A stretch of 64,000 nucleotides of DNA from Trichosphaerium sp. ATCC 40318 (GCA_038496445.1 JALMLS010000211.1:1-64000); one strand, 5' to 3'. Numbered from the stretch's first letter, positions 38,474-51,898 are shown. Translations and numbers: made by a program. Notes: generated from the sequence alone by a model not told the origin.

Positions 38474-41119
38474 TCACAGTTCAGTGGCATTTGCCACAAT
38501 ACCAGCTGTCATACCAGCTTCTCTTTTATAAATGTTAAACGGTAATATCCATTTCCTGAACATCGGTATGTAGCAGAATGCAAGGAGTACTGAAATGATT
38601 ATCTGTGATACAAAAAAACATTAAAACAAAATTGTAGTTCTTGGCTTGCTTACCAAAAGCAAAAGTAACAAAGTCACCAAAACAGCAATGACAACAACCC
38701 GATTTTTGCCATCACACTCCTCGTCTGGAAACGTGAAAACAGTGATACTGGAATCTTAAGTTAGACAATGAAACAAGTTATGATAATAAATATTTAGTTT
38801 TTTCTCGTTGACTGGCTTACTCTGCTCCTGTCTTCTTTTGGTTGCTAGAAACACATTCTTTTGTCGTTACTGTTATGTTTGCATCAAAACAGTTTGTCTT
38901 TATAACCGTCACTTGCTTTGTAGATGACTGGCTTCCCGTGAGATCAACGTCTATTGAACTATCATTGGAGGCTGCAGTAAGACACCCTGTTGAACATAAG
39001 TAAGTTCAAAGAAATAGAATCTAAAAAAAGATGTGTTCTTGCCTGTTACTGTCAATGTGTTCGTAGTTTTCTCTGTAACAATTATATCGACTGTGCCTTT
39101 GTTTGTCAAATTCCCGTAAATTACAGTAGGTTGATCAATAACAAATCTTCCTGTAACTACGATGCTTCCATTGAAAACACAGCCGATCTCAGCGCACATC
39201 AAACAAGAGTTATCGCGACACTCAGCTAGGTGTTGAATTAAGAGAAACTTTGGGTGATATTCTGAGGTACTTGGTTGTGGAGCTGTTGGAGATTCAGTGG
39301 ATGGTTGTTCTGTTTGTGGGACAGGAGACTCAGTGGAGGGTATATCTGTGGGTGCAACCGATGGTGTATCTGTAGGTGCGTTGGAAGGTGCATTCGTAGG
39401 CGGAGGTGTTGCAATGATCTTGCTACAAATGGATGCAAATTCGAGGTCCAAATCAACAGGTACATTAGAGGTGTCTATTGCACACAACGTTAGTTTTAAA
39501 AGTACTGAAGTGTATGTACCACCACAACATATACTGTTCGAGCACTGAGCACAAGATACTAACTGATTATCCTTCACCGTACACTCATTGCTTAGTTGGT
39601 TGCTACAATCTACACCACCGCAGGCAAAGTCGGTATTGTTGCCTGAAAAATGTAAATAAAAAAAAGAAAATAAATGACTTCTTTACGCCAAACCTTTGTT
39701 TTTAAATATTGAATTCCTACAACGATAACATTAGAGCGCACACGAAAACAAAAAAATCACGTTTCTTAAGAAAATAGCGCACGTGATATAGGCGGTTTTA
39801 TTGTTGGCTACAAATAGTGCATGTCCAACCGTATCATTGAATTCATGTCGCTTACAATCATTGTCGGCAAAAACGCATGATGATATGTTTGAGTTAGTTG
39901 CTAAATAAACACCACACCCTATTAAGGTGTTTATAAATAAAATACATAAACATTCGTGGTAGTACCCTCATCACTTGGATTCAAATTGTTTTGTACTTCC
40001 GATGATGAAACAAGTACATTCAACAAAGATACTTGTTGCACATCCTCACCAATAAATAGACTACCTCCCTTAGTACCTACGCACAATACTTAACTGTTTT
40101 TACTAACGGTTTGTAAGTACCTCTTGCAACCACGTCAGTATCTTTGAAAGCGGTATCCGTTATAGTAAGCTGTTGAGATAGTCAATATAGTTGTTTCACA
40201 GCAAGAATATAAACGTATTTTACCTCCCCGACATTGTCTACATACACGACGCCACCTTGTGAAAGTTAGTACTAACATTGTACAAATACCAAGCACCTAA
40301 ACATTGCATTATAGCATTTACTCTTGTGTTATTAAACAAAGAATTGCTAATAGATACATTAACGCCATTTTCTATACTCAAACATCCTCCCTTTAGTATG
40401 GGTGAGTCTGAATGAATACGTTTGTCCTCGAAGATTACTCTTTCGACAACAAGACGAGTGCTATTAAATCATTAAAGTTGGAAAAGGCAAATAAAAAGAA
40501 AAATCAAGTACAAGTTGCTGACAGATACGATGCTATCCGAGAAAGAAGTAGTATTGAACTTCAAGTGACTACCACAGAAGTTAGTATTTTATGATAAAAA
40601 AAATAATTATATCACGTGCATTAGTTCTATTTCAGGAGTATCCTCCAACTTAAGGTTAAAACAAGAAAAACCAAAAGAAAACCCTTTCAAAATGATTCCC
40701 GTTTTTGCTTTAATGACAAGACTCTGCTGACATTCTATCCGAACACCAAAACTAGTATCTACCACGTGATTACCAGAGACCGAAGGAATTTTTTCGATAT
40801 GTGTTGGTAGCAAATGTGTGTTATCGTACTTGTTTGTATGGACAATGTAGAGTTTGAATATAATTCTTCCTCATCGAAAATATGATCAAACTCTCCCAAA
40901 AAAAGATCAGAATATCCCATATCCATATAACAGGTGATGTTACCGCCACAGACATGATTTTTACTCGTCTCGATAGCTGAAAGAAAATCACGTTAACTAC
41001 AGTAGCTTTTACAAAAAACAAGTCAGTATGTTGTAACTAGACTAATTACCTAGCGCAGATAATTTAGCAGCGCATAATAAAAAGATCACGATTCTGATAA
41101 AGAGGTGCTTCATCAACAT
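38474..41119 (-). CDS. Type I membrane surface protein, tandem paralog B
   Basis: MLMKHLFIRIVIFLLCAAKLSAL. Same exon series and motifs as paralog A (MGYSDLFLG, GFSFG, KGGCLSIENG, CSNSICCGG, IDQPT, ILPFNIYK), with a longer P/S/T linker. Confidence 0.8.
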
Positions 41120-42564
41120 TTGATTTAAGTTAGATTCACAACAGAAGTACCTTTTTAGTCTTGATGCAATCTGTATCAAGACTAGAGTATGACAGCGAGC
41201 TGCACGCGCTCGTAAATCTGTAGCGTAGAAGCTCACAAGATAGGGTTTCTAATATCAGACAGATTCTACACCACGCGCTAGTTGAACAAACAGAAACGGC
41301 AATGGGAACCCGGTTTCCTTACCGTTCATTGACTGTGAGTTATTCTAATGGGTAAACGCACCAATAATAGTTTCTCTAAGGTACACACCACTGCAAAAAC
41401 GTCACAAAGCATTTGACCTGCGCACTAATAACAAAATCTAAAATATATAGTACCACGTGACGTTTTACGATCATGTTTTTATAAAAAGAACTCCGTAGAA
41501 TTTAGTCAGAGTGCATTCTAATCGTGATGTTGCTCAACACAATATAGTGAAGGGAGACAAGCATTTTGAGTTTTCTTAGATCATGATGTTATCACGTTAT
41601 TTGGTTAAAAGTATCACGTGATACAATTGGTTCTTAAAAGCAGTGTGTATAGCAATAAGATGATATGTACACCAAAACATGGTGTACATCACGTATTATT
41701 GCGCGCTTAAGTACCTTTATTCCCACGTCCTCACATTTCCCTCCTACCAACATTTTTATCACAAAAAAAGCAGTTGTAGGAGTTAGTGTACATTTGTTTG
41801 AAAACTTCAGTGTGTGACAGCACCTCTGATCCCAAAACCGCATATATGATGCAAGATATCAACGAATATCTTATACAATTCAAAATACCTAAACAGGTAC
41901 GTTAAAGAGTACTGTGAAACAAAAAAAAAAACTAACCTTTAGGCTTTACTAAAACCAAAGTATGACAATACTATCTACAATGGGAACCCTCTCTTCACTA
42001 CATTTCGCGTCTATCCTGGTACTTCAGGTACCATAATCTTCGCAAAAGACTGATATATTAAATATAACGCGTTATAGGGGTCGAAACAGACGGACAGTGG
42101 CATACATTTAACGAAGAAAATGAAGATTTTAAAGAAATGATTTTTGGTTTAACAAAGCTATCAACAAGAACTACTATTGTATTAAAGGTTGAGGGTAAGA
42201 AAACACGCGTTGTACATATTAATCACAAATCCGCAATGATCGCACTATCAAAAAGACTTAGTAATATATCACAAATGTCACACAATAGCAGAGGAGTTTC
42301 AAAACACAAAAAAAAAAAAAGGAAAAAGATGAAGATAGACTTCTTGCTACAATAGCCCAACCATGAAATATATTCTCACCCCTTTGGTGTGATATCCCTA
42401 TATCAATGTACAACAATATCGCGACAAATCGCGAATCGATGGTTCTGAGTATAAAAACCGAAAAGGAAGATCAACTAATTTTTTTGATTCCGTAAAGTTA
42501 TCTGAACTTGATCAATCCGTAATGTCGACGACAAAACACACGTAAACAAATAAAAATACTTTTT

Positions 42565-43368
42565 TTATTCTCGTCTGTTTTTCTTCCCTCTAGAGCCGAA
42601 GACAAGCCAAACACAAACACCAACAGTACCAATACAACCAAGAACAGCCCACAGAACAAAAGTTGTCGGCTTTTGAGTAGAGGTATCATCGTCCTCTACA
42701 TCCTCATGTTTTGCTTCCAGGTTCTCGCCATGTTGATTGGCATGCTCAAGAATAGCTTCTTTGACCTTTGGTTTCGATTCATCTGATTTGACGCCGGATT
42801 CGTTCTCGTCCTCTCCTTCTTCCTCAGGCATAGTAGAGTCTCCGTTAATAGCCTTAAGCTCTACTTCGAAGTTTAAAGTAGATTTAGGAGGTATGACGCT
42901 TCCAAAGCCGCGTTCGCCGTAGGCGAGATGTGGAGGTATTACAAGTCGTCGTTTCTCTCCAACGCACATATCTATGATACGTCAGATGTTTGTTTCGCTA
43001 CAAGACGCGTTTTCGGTTGTTTTTGTTGTAAAAATATCAGTACCTAATAATCCTTGATCATAGCCTTTGATCACTCTACCAACGCCTAGTTGGAACACGA
43101 AGCGGTTGTTTTGATCAAATACTTTGCCAGTATCGTGTAGCTTTCCCAAATATGCTACTGTTAGCTCGTCTTCCTTTTTTGTTACTGTTTTACAACGTCC
43201 TTTCGGCTTGTACAATACCGTAACTTGTAAATCGGTGACTACGCTCTAATTAGCAACCAACGCGCATCAGGAATGAAACAAAAGTGCTCTGTTCTATTTT
43301 CACGTACTTGTTGCAATAACGCCATTAATAACCAAAGCGAGCAACAACAGCCTACAAAAGTGACTCAT
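42565..43368 (-). CDS. Secretory-pathway FKBP-type peptidyl-prolyl isomerase with a C-terminal transmembrane anchor (FKBP2/FKBP11-like)
   Basis: Signal peptide; [63 protein letters not shown]; acidic linker; transmembrane [21 protein letters not shown]; basic tail KKNRRE. Confidence 0.93.
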
Positions 43369-45403
43369 GAGGAAACAGAACGACAATAAACGGTATTTAG
43401 CCAAGTCCTAGTATTTCTTGAGATTCAACAAACAAAATTGTCTGATGAAGTCCTAGCAGACGACAAACTTTCCACAAGATTTGTCCTTTCCTCCTTTTGT
43501 GCTCACCCTCTTGTGATCCTTGTAGATAACATAACAACTTACTACTTACAAGCAGTTATTTTCTAGAGCAAGCTGTAAAAAGTGCACGTGGAACCTAAAA
43601 TGAGCTCTTTATTGCAGCATTAGATTGGACAACATAAGACGTTTGGATGGAAAAACATTCGTCTTGGTGGTTCTACGTTTAGCCACATGACCGAATTCTA
43701 CATTAGTAAAACCTCGTGCGAATTGCAAATGTGCACAAGGCAAAAAAAAGCGATTTCATACAAATTAGGGATTGGTTGCCTTTGTTGCCTATAGTGTGCT
43801 TTGATGTTGACAACCTTGGTGGCACACTAAACACTTGAAATTTCTCTTAAGTTCATCCAGAAAGTTGACAAGAAAGATCCTTTGAAATGTTGCCAGCACA
43901 TTGCAGTATTGCACCTTGTTTTTAGTTGTTTTGTATCCCAATATTTCGTTCTGAGGAGTTGGCTTAGTGTTAAGATCTGTTTTTCACCTTGTGGCGTTTT
44001 CGAGAAGAGTGTAACCTCTTGAATAAAGTTGTAGTATCTTCAGCAAAAAAAAAAATGGTATTGTCAATGAAATTAGGTAACGGCATGGTCACTATCATGA
44101 TGTACTGTTATAATAAGAGGTGCGAGAATCTTGTTAATAATCACAGTAGAGTGAAATCCAGTAAAATTGGTTTACGCTACTAAGTGGAAAATGTGCTTGT
44201 GTTAAAACAACTCTTTTGGAGGAGCCTAAAAAAGGAAACTGGCCATGCTCAGTAAGATACGCGCGATGAGTCGACTCGAACGTACTCTCTTTCTGAATAC
44301 CACCTAAGGACCTGCGTAGAGTATTAGAACAAATACAAAGAGCTCTTAGCTTTCCATAAGCGTCACTTTTACTAAAAACTCCGTCTGTGTCAACAACTAC
44401 TTTTAAGTATAGGGTGACTTATCAATGTTGCAAGCAATAATGAAATTGCATCTACCTTTCTGTACTATTTTACCCTGTTGAGGTACTTGAGACGCAAACC
44501 AAGTACAGGAAACTAATTCGTATAAATCGTTGTTTAGGAATCGAACTTCCTTTTTAGTCATTTCAAGAAAAACTCGAAGTCTTTTGATAATTCAAATCAA
44601 CTTTATTGTTTATCCCTAACACGAAGTACTTTATTCAATGTTCATTCTTTTAGCAACGTGTTTTTTCTGACAGTTTACTTTGCTCACTTCAAAAAACAAG
44701 AAAAATTAAAAAGATTGAAAAGTATTGATAATAATACCTAAAACTAGAGCCTAGTCACTTTTATCTGAGATCCGACATGGCATAATTGCAAGAAAATCTT
44801 CGGCAAATAGTTCGTAAATTAACCGTTTTCTACTGTACCGTATCGCTAGATTCTGTATAGCACTGTGCAAAATGGTCTTTTCCGCAGGTACAAACACAAA
44901 AAAAACAAATGGACTTCGAGTTCAGAAAGTGCCATTGACTACAGTTCTGAAACTGTGTTATAGGTTCAAAGTACGCAAAATGAAAGCGCTATATCCGCCA
45001 CAAAAGGCCAAAAAAGACATAAAAGAAACACAATTTCCGACGCTGCTGGGTGCTCTGAATGACATGATTGATGAGGTAACTGGCTTTCTGTTAGAAACTG
45101 ATAACAGCAAAATTAGGCGTTTTCGCGTAAGGGGCTAATAGCGAAAAGTACTTTTCGGGTTCAGCCAGAAATAGCTATTCGGGTTCTAGGTCGATAAACA
45201 AATTCCGTGTAGTTCATTACCGGAATCTCTTGCTTCACGCTTGGTAATGTAACATAGAGGGCTAGAGGGAACTTACCACCTTAAAGTTCCTAAAAAGAAC
45301 ATAATTCATTGTTTAGAAGTTTTAAACTTTCCTATTTGGTCTTTTTTGAGTTTGACCCTAGAGTGACTTATATCGATAACAAACTCACCCACATTAAACC
45401 AAC

Positions 45404-45823
45404 ATGACAACACGTCTCCTTATTCTTGTACTTACTATTGTTTCGATTGCATCTGCCTCCCTATGGCAGTGCAGGGCTAACAAGCAAGTGCACACTGATT
45501 TCAAGACTGTAACTAGATTTTATCATATGGATTTCAATACTGCAAAGGATAGCCTAGTCGTTTCGTACTACAACAGGGTAGGCGACAGGCAATTTGATGG
45601 AAGTTGCGAAGTAACGTATGTTGGAAAAAGAGGCGATTTTTTCGTTTACGAAGGGGAATACACTGAACAATCAACCGGAAAGCGTGATACAAGGATGGTA
45701 GTATACATGAGTGTAAACAAAATGAACAGAAACTTCCACAGAATGGCTATTCAAATATGGGACGAGAGGATGAACGATTACGGTTCAGGTATCACCAGAA
45801 CAAGATTATGTAAGCTCCAATAA
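45404..45823 (+). CDS. Small intronless secreted protein of unknown function
   Basis: 139-aa ORF with a clear signal peptide (MTTRLLILVLTIVSIASA), beta-strand-like alternation and terminal cysteines. AATAAA follows the stop. Confidence 0.75.
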   Translation: MTTRLLILVLTIVSIASASLWQCRANKQVHTDFKTVTRFYHMDFNTAKDSLVVSYYNRVGDRQFDGSCEVTYVGKRGDFFVYEGEYTEQSTGKRDTRMVVYMSVNKMNRNFHRMAIQIWDERMNDYGSGITRTRLCKLQ

Positions 45824-46279
45824 TTGAATAAAACCTGATTATACCTCCCTCCGCCTGTTCTTGTTTTGGTGGTTCTTAAAGTTAAAACAAAATTGTTCCC
45901 TTTAGTCCCGAAAGATGGTAAATTTGCTAATTTGTAGACATACTGTGCGTACGACTATTGCTTGTTTCAATCACAAGATAGTCAATCTGAAGCAATATTT
46001 TTTAAATTGATTGATCAGTTGGCTAGAGGTGCCGTATACTATGATCAGATATAGCTATTCCCTTTAGTAATATCTCTTTGTATGCGTCCCTATCTATCAC
46101 ACACTATTTCAATCACGACACTGGTGCTTTATGTAAGGTGAACCCAAGTTGCAAACATTCATGATGTTGAACACGAAAATGTCACTTCGAAAGAAGCTTA
46201 AATTGATTTCTATTTTATTTCACATTCCAAGTACTCAATCTCCAAAGGGTATTTACATAAAATTACTTGTTACACCTTG

Positions 46280-47035
46280 TTATATAAACAAGAAATTAAC
46301 AAGGAGACACAACAAAGTCATTCCTTTTTTCAACCTCGTTGAACTTTCTCATTCCTTTACATTTTTTTCTTGATTTTGTTCCAGCCCCTTTTAGTTGCCA
46401 GATACGACCATTAAATCTAAAGCAATGCATACAAGCAGAATAATATCCTGTCCTATACTCTCTATTTAATGGGTACTCTCCCTTACATGTACGTATTAGT
46501 TACAGTACACGATGGATGGCAAACAAAACGAAGAAAAAAGGAATTGTGAAGATGTTTTTTTTAAAGTTGTTTGTTTGTTGCTGAAACGTTTTGTACCTTT
46601 GTTAGTGGCATGGTAATACGGCACTCATTTGTATTGTCACTACCGTATGTGTCGGTACGCTTCCAGTTACGACCTTGAGCATAAAAATATCCTGGGCTGC
46701 TATTTAGTAACCCCAGAGCTTTAATAACCATTAGTTAGCGCGTTTGACTAATTCCAGTTGAAAATGTACTCACTCTTATAATTGCGTGTATCATATCGTA
46801 CGAAGTGCTCGCGCTCGACACATAACGTTATATTATTGTCAGACGCAAAAGCAGCAGGTTTATCTAAAAGTTCCCAAAAACGCTTCTTATTTAAAGAGTA
46901 GCCTACATCTTCGTTGTCTGGAGTTGTCAATGTTGGCGTTGTAATTGTATACGCGCGATCGAAATCCCTTAGGGCACGTTTAGTATGTGAGCCTCTGTTG
47001 TACTTCCTCCGGCGATTTGCTTTGTCGTTGTACAT
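46280..47035 (-). CDS. Three-exon small basic protein, possibly a stand-alone CG-1-like DNA-binding domain
   Basis: The spliced frame is open through GTACAT..TAG and GTACAA..AAG introns: LNKKRFWELLDKPAAF...HFVRYDTR..GYFYAQGRNWKRTD...GYYSACMHCFRFNGRIWQL. The 3' end is uncertain. Confidence 0.5.
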
Positions 47036-47342
47036 GTTTTAGCGGTTTTACTGTAGCAGACTTGTAATATCGTTCACGGAATATTCGACAGCTTTTCGAT
47101 AATAGGTTCAAGGCATTTACGCATGTAACAATAGAGTATTTTGGAGCGTGTATATTTCTACTGAAAAAATATTTCTTGACAGCTGTACTCTGTCAACAAT
47201 TACCATCGCAATACAATGCATAACAGCGCAGACGTGTTTGCACGCAATATACACCGTTTTATACGTTTGATAATTTGACTTGTTCTTACCGTTATTTGAA
47301 AATCACTTCCCGCTTTATTACCTGTACCTACATTCAACTGAC

Positions 47343-49699
47343 ATGATTCACGTCGTTGATGCCCCAGCAGCAGTATCTCCTGCTAAAACTTTTCTTTCGC
47401 CTAGAGCAAAGACAGATGAATTGTTTATGAAATGGGCTACTCAAACAGAATCTGAACAGTGTATACGTGCATTATGCGCAGAGATAAAAGCGAATAGTAA
47501 GCGGGACGAGAAATTTGCACCAATAGCGCGCCCTGCGTCACCAAAGTCCCCTCGTACACAAGTGCGATTTGACAGAAGCCTCACGCTATCTCCATCGAGA
47601 CAGAGAACACGAAGGCTTAATTACAAGGATGAAAGCAGCTTTGTGATTTCGCCACGCAGAGGTATATTGAATCAACAATAATGGAGTTAACTAATACAAA
47701 AAAGGCAGATCAACCACGCGCGTTCCCCTGCGCCCCATATCCTTAAACAACAACTCTCCAGTATTAGAAACACAAATAAAGGTATGTCTATCAAAATTTT
47801 GCTTAAACGCGGCTAAAACTCTTTAGCCACCTCCTAAACCCGCTATACACGTACCGCAGTTTTACTTTCCAAATGGAAAAACAGAACTCTCCAAGGAACA
47901 ACAAAAAAGCTCAATGGTACATAATACACGCCTTACTTAGTTTTAATTATATTAGGCTCTCATTGACGGTTTGTTTGATATGAATTCTGCATACTCTCTT
48001 GCAAATTGTGCACCGTTATTGACACTATGCGCTTTCCCTAAGTGGTTCGCTCCAGCGTTCATAGAGACAATAACAGGCAAACGGTCAAGAAAAATTACTA
48101 AGGACGCTTTTGTTACGTACGCTTCACTTCTAGACGCTAACAATGCGCAAAACGAACGAGAGAAACGTTAAAACATTTTTTTCGTCCAAACATTCGATAA
48201 TAAATATACGCGTTTTCTTACGTACCCTTAACGTTATCTACAGGTATTGGAAAGACCAAATAAGTGGAAGAGATGAGCAAGAACGCGTTTTTTACTTTAT
48301 CAAAAAAGATATAACGAGAAATTATATTGTACCAGATGACTTCCTGCCACTTATTCATTGTACGTGCTGTTCTTTTTATGTAGTATTAATTTAATTACTC
48401 GCGTAGCGCTATTACTTGTACATCCTGGCTTAAGTCTCTTGCAAACAGATAAAGAATTTCAACACCGTTATAGTACGATATTATATAAGCATAAACAGTT
48501 ACAGTATAAGCGTCAGTACCTAATAATTGATGATTAGTTGAAACTGTCACGGTTAGAATCTTTCATGGTATTGCAAGGAAGCACAGAGATCGTATTACGC
48601 TCAGAGCACTTAGAAATAGTAATTTGGTTGCAGTTATGAATGAATTGGATCAACTTAATAGTATTGATCGCGTAAGCGAAAATCTCTACGTGTACTCTTT
48701 GTTGGTTCTTACGAGTTGTTTTAGAAACCTGATTACTTTGATTATGCTTCTTATTACACACTTTACATGAAGTTTTGGGAGCTTGATAGTGATCATGACT
48801 TGTTCATCTCAAAAGAAGAATTAAGTAGCTACAGTAACTATGCAATGAATTCTCGTGCTATAGACCGTGTTTTCGATATTTGTAGGTTTAAGCCGCGAGC
48901 AGAAAATGGTCAAATGTGCTATCAAGACTTTGTTTGTACGAACTGTTTAGCTAGCTACTCATAAATCCTTTAACTAACAAACATTGTAGATTTTATGTTG
49001 TGTGAGGAAGATAAAGCACACAGAGCCTCAATAGAGCTATGGTACAGATAACTGACTATCTCAGCAAGCTTCTAAACTATGTAATTAGGTTTCGTATCGT
49101 TGATCAAGACCATGATGGTGTTATATCGCGTGGAGACGCATTGTACTTTTATGAAGAGCAGCAATTACGTATGGACAAGGTTATGATGGAGAGTTCGCCT
49201 TTTGAATACATTTGGGGTGAAATGTACGTCCTTACGTCAGTTTTGCTTTAAAAAGCCTCTTTGGATTGTGTAGTTGTTTATATTATCTCTTTAGGGTACA
49301 CATGATGCGTCCTCAACACCCACATCGTATTACAAAAGCTGAGATTATAAAAAGCAATCTGTCTACTGAGTTTTTTGATATGTTGGTCAACGTTGTTAAA
49401 CTGATTTCTACTGAAAACAAATACCCTTTGAACGTTTTACCATCAGAACAACCACCAGTGAGGTACGTTTTTTCATGACAATAAAAAACCCACAACGATG
49501 CAATCATCTCCAATGAGCAAAAAGTTGATTTGTTTACTTCTTTTTTTTTTTTTGTTTTCTTTTTTTTTTTTTTTTGCTTTTGTTGTACTTAACTGGCTTT
49601 GTTAGTGATTGGTATCTTTTTATATATCGAGAGTTTGAAGCTTTCCTTGGTATCAGTGATGATGAAAGTGACGATTTTGATTCTGATTACTCTGAATGA
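47343..49699 (+). CDS. PPP2R3: PP2A regulatory subunit B'' (PR72/PPP2R3 family, EF-hand)
   Basis: DELFMKW, VPQFYFPNGK, YIVPDDFLPLI, HPGL, YMKFWELDSDHDLFISKEEL, MCYQDFV, EEDK...SIELWFRIVDQDHDGVIS and FFDMLVNV; acidic C-terminus. Confidence 0.93.
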
Positions 49700-50507
49700 A
49701 GTAACAATTGAAGTAAAAACAAAAAAATAAAACCTTGTACAAAAATGTAAAAACGAAAAATGAAAAAAAAACATGACATTTAACCATAACAGTATACTTC
49801 CCAAAATGTTTGGTGTACACCGTAGCACATGTGAGGTTGGTGTTCCTCCCAAACAGACTAGTTTTTTTACTGTTGTTCTATTTTGGAACCTATCAGACGA
49901 TGTGAGTTCAGATCTCATGTTAGTTATTCTGGGATTCACTGACCGACGAGATCAACTCTCCAAAGCAATTCGTTTTGCGCAGGGAATTTGTTGTCAGTAT
50001 TATTAGCTTGTAGCTTCCACCACGAGCTATCGGTGTTCATCAAATTCGTCATTGTATACTCTATTGTAAGGTTTGGTTTCATGGAGCCATGTCCTTGTTT
50101 TTTTTGCTACGAGCACTGATATCACGTCTGTTTTGACAATGTTTGCACGTCAACAAACCACGCAGACATCTCAACTACCAATGATTCATTTTTAGGTGTA
50201 CATTTATGTGGCATTTTTAGTTGTTTTTGGAATGCGACATAGGGCGTTGCGAGAAAATGTCTGGAAGTAAATAAATTGACCATAACAACAACAACACGTC
50301 GACAAAAATTTACAAAATATCTCCAGAGAGTATTAACACCAAAGTTCGCTTCGGTTTACCAAATAAGCCAAACAAGCAACTTGATTAATTATTTGATTTA
50401 TAAATGCTCACTAGTAGTACCAATACTGTCATAGATGACACGTGCGAGGTATTAAAATTTGGTTTAATGTAGGAGTTAACCTAACAACCATTTAATAGAG
50501 ATTTAAT

Positions 50508-51455
50508 ATGCAATCAGTTGGTTGCCGTCTATTAAACCTCCCATTTGAGATTCAACTGGATATTATCGATTTAGACTCATTTGTGTATTTAGTTTGGCCA
50601 GTTTTTTCAAAACAGACAGCAATGACCACAAGGTTCGATACTGATATGAAAAAGCATGGAAAATGGCACAAAAGAATCAATGACAGGCTTGTACAGCAGC
50701 AATACTGGAAACATGGTGTACAAGATGGAGAATGCAAGACATGGCATGAAAATGGAAAATTGAAGAAGTATTGTAATTACAGTAATGGCAAACTAGAAGG
50801 AGAAAGCAAGCGATGGTTTTACAACAGCCAATTGCTGGAGCAGTGTAATTACATTAGTGGTAAAGTAGATGGAGAATACAAGACATGGTATGAAAATGGT
50901 CAATTGATGGATCACTTTAATTACATCAATGGTGAACTAGATGGAGATTACAAGCGATGGTATTACAATGGCAAATTGATGGAGCACTTTAATTACATCG
51001 ATGGTAAACTAGATGGAGAATACAAGCGATGGTATCACAATGGCCAATTATGCATACACATTATTAATATTAAAGGTGAACAAGAAGGAGAATGCAAGGA
51101 ATGGCATTTCAATGGGCAATTGAAGAAGATATGCAATTACATTAATGGTGAACTAAATGGAAAATACAAGGAATGGCATTCCAATGGGCAATTGATGAAA
51201 CAGTTTTATTGCATAAATGGTAATCAAGAAGGAGAATACAAGCATTGGTATGAAAATGGCCAACTGATGGAGCACTGTACTTACATCAATGGTAGACAAG
51301 AAGGAGAATACAAGTATTGGAATGACAATGGCCAATTGATGGAGTGTTGTAATTATGTAGATGGTAAACTACATGGAGAATACAAGAAATGGAATGGCAA
51401 TGGCCAATTGATGGACCACTTTAATTACATCAATGGTGTAACAGAAGACAAGTGA
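50508..51455 (+). CDS. Intronless MORN-variant (YwqK-like) repeat protein with an F-box-like N-terminus
   Basis: RLLNLPFEIQLDII, then about 10-11 units of 24 aa G(E/K)xxGEYKxWxxNGQLxxxxNYIN (72-nt period). Confidence 0.88.
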   Translation: MQSVGCRLLNLPFEIQLDIIDLDSFVYLVWPVFSKQTAMTTRFDTDMKKHGKWHKRINDRLVQQQYWKHGVQDGECKTWHENGKLKKYCNYSNGKLEGESKRWFYNSQLLEQCNYISGKVDGEYKTWYENGQLMDHFNYINGELDGDYKRWYYNGKLMEHFNYIDGKLDGEYKRWYHNGQLCIHIINIKGEQEGECKEWHFNGQLKKICNYINGELNGKYKEWHSNGQLMKQFYCINGNQEGEYKHWYENGQLMEHCTYINGRQEGEYKYWNDNGQLMECCNYVDGKLHGEYKKWNGNGQLMDHFNYINGVTEDK

Positions 51456-51898
51456 GGACAATTACAAAAACAAATAAAAATTTAATTTCTAAGATTGTGG
51501 TGACGAGAATCCATCGAAACCATTTTAAGTGATAAGCACAAAAAGTCTGTAGTAGATATTGTTTTATATCTTCTCAAAAAAAACATTAGCACTAACAAGT
51601 CAACAAACCATGCACTCTTTATGTGCATGGGCGGGTTGTCGAGCGTGCTATGATGTTTGTATACCATCGGTTGAATAATATTTTTGGGCAGGATTTGCTG
51701 CTTTTCCCGGCCATCCTTTTCCGTTCTGAATGAGTACATCATCTTGATGAGTAGGGACTTATTTTAATCCATCGGATAGCGTCAATTCTTGACTTGCTGA
51801 AGTTTTAAGGAAGCATTTTAAAGGGTATACATTGATACTTTGTTACGGCATGGATGAACAGTTATATTTTATTTTGTTAAAGGCAAAATACAGTGAAC

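Noticed and set aside
41300-41989. 12-bp repeat CAATGGGAACCC at ~41300 and ~41978
   Set aside because: Short, with no supporting element structure between the copies; compatible with chance.
43790-44040. Minus-strand fragments AMCWQHFK and FKCLVCHQ reminiscent of a BED zinc finger from a hAT element
   Set aside because: The fragments are in different frames, short, and no transposase core or TIRs were found.
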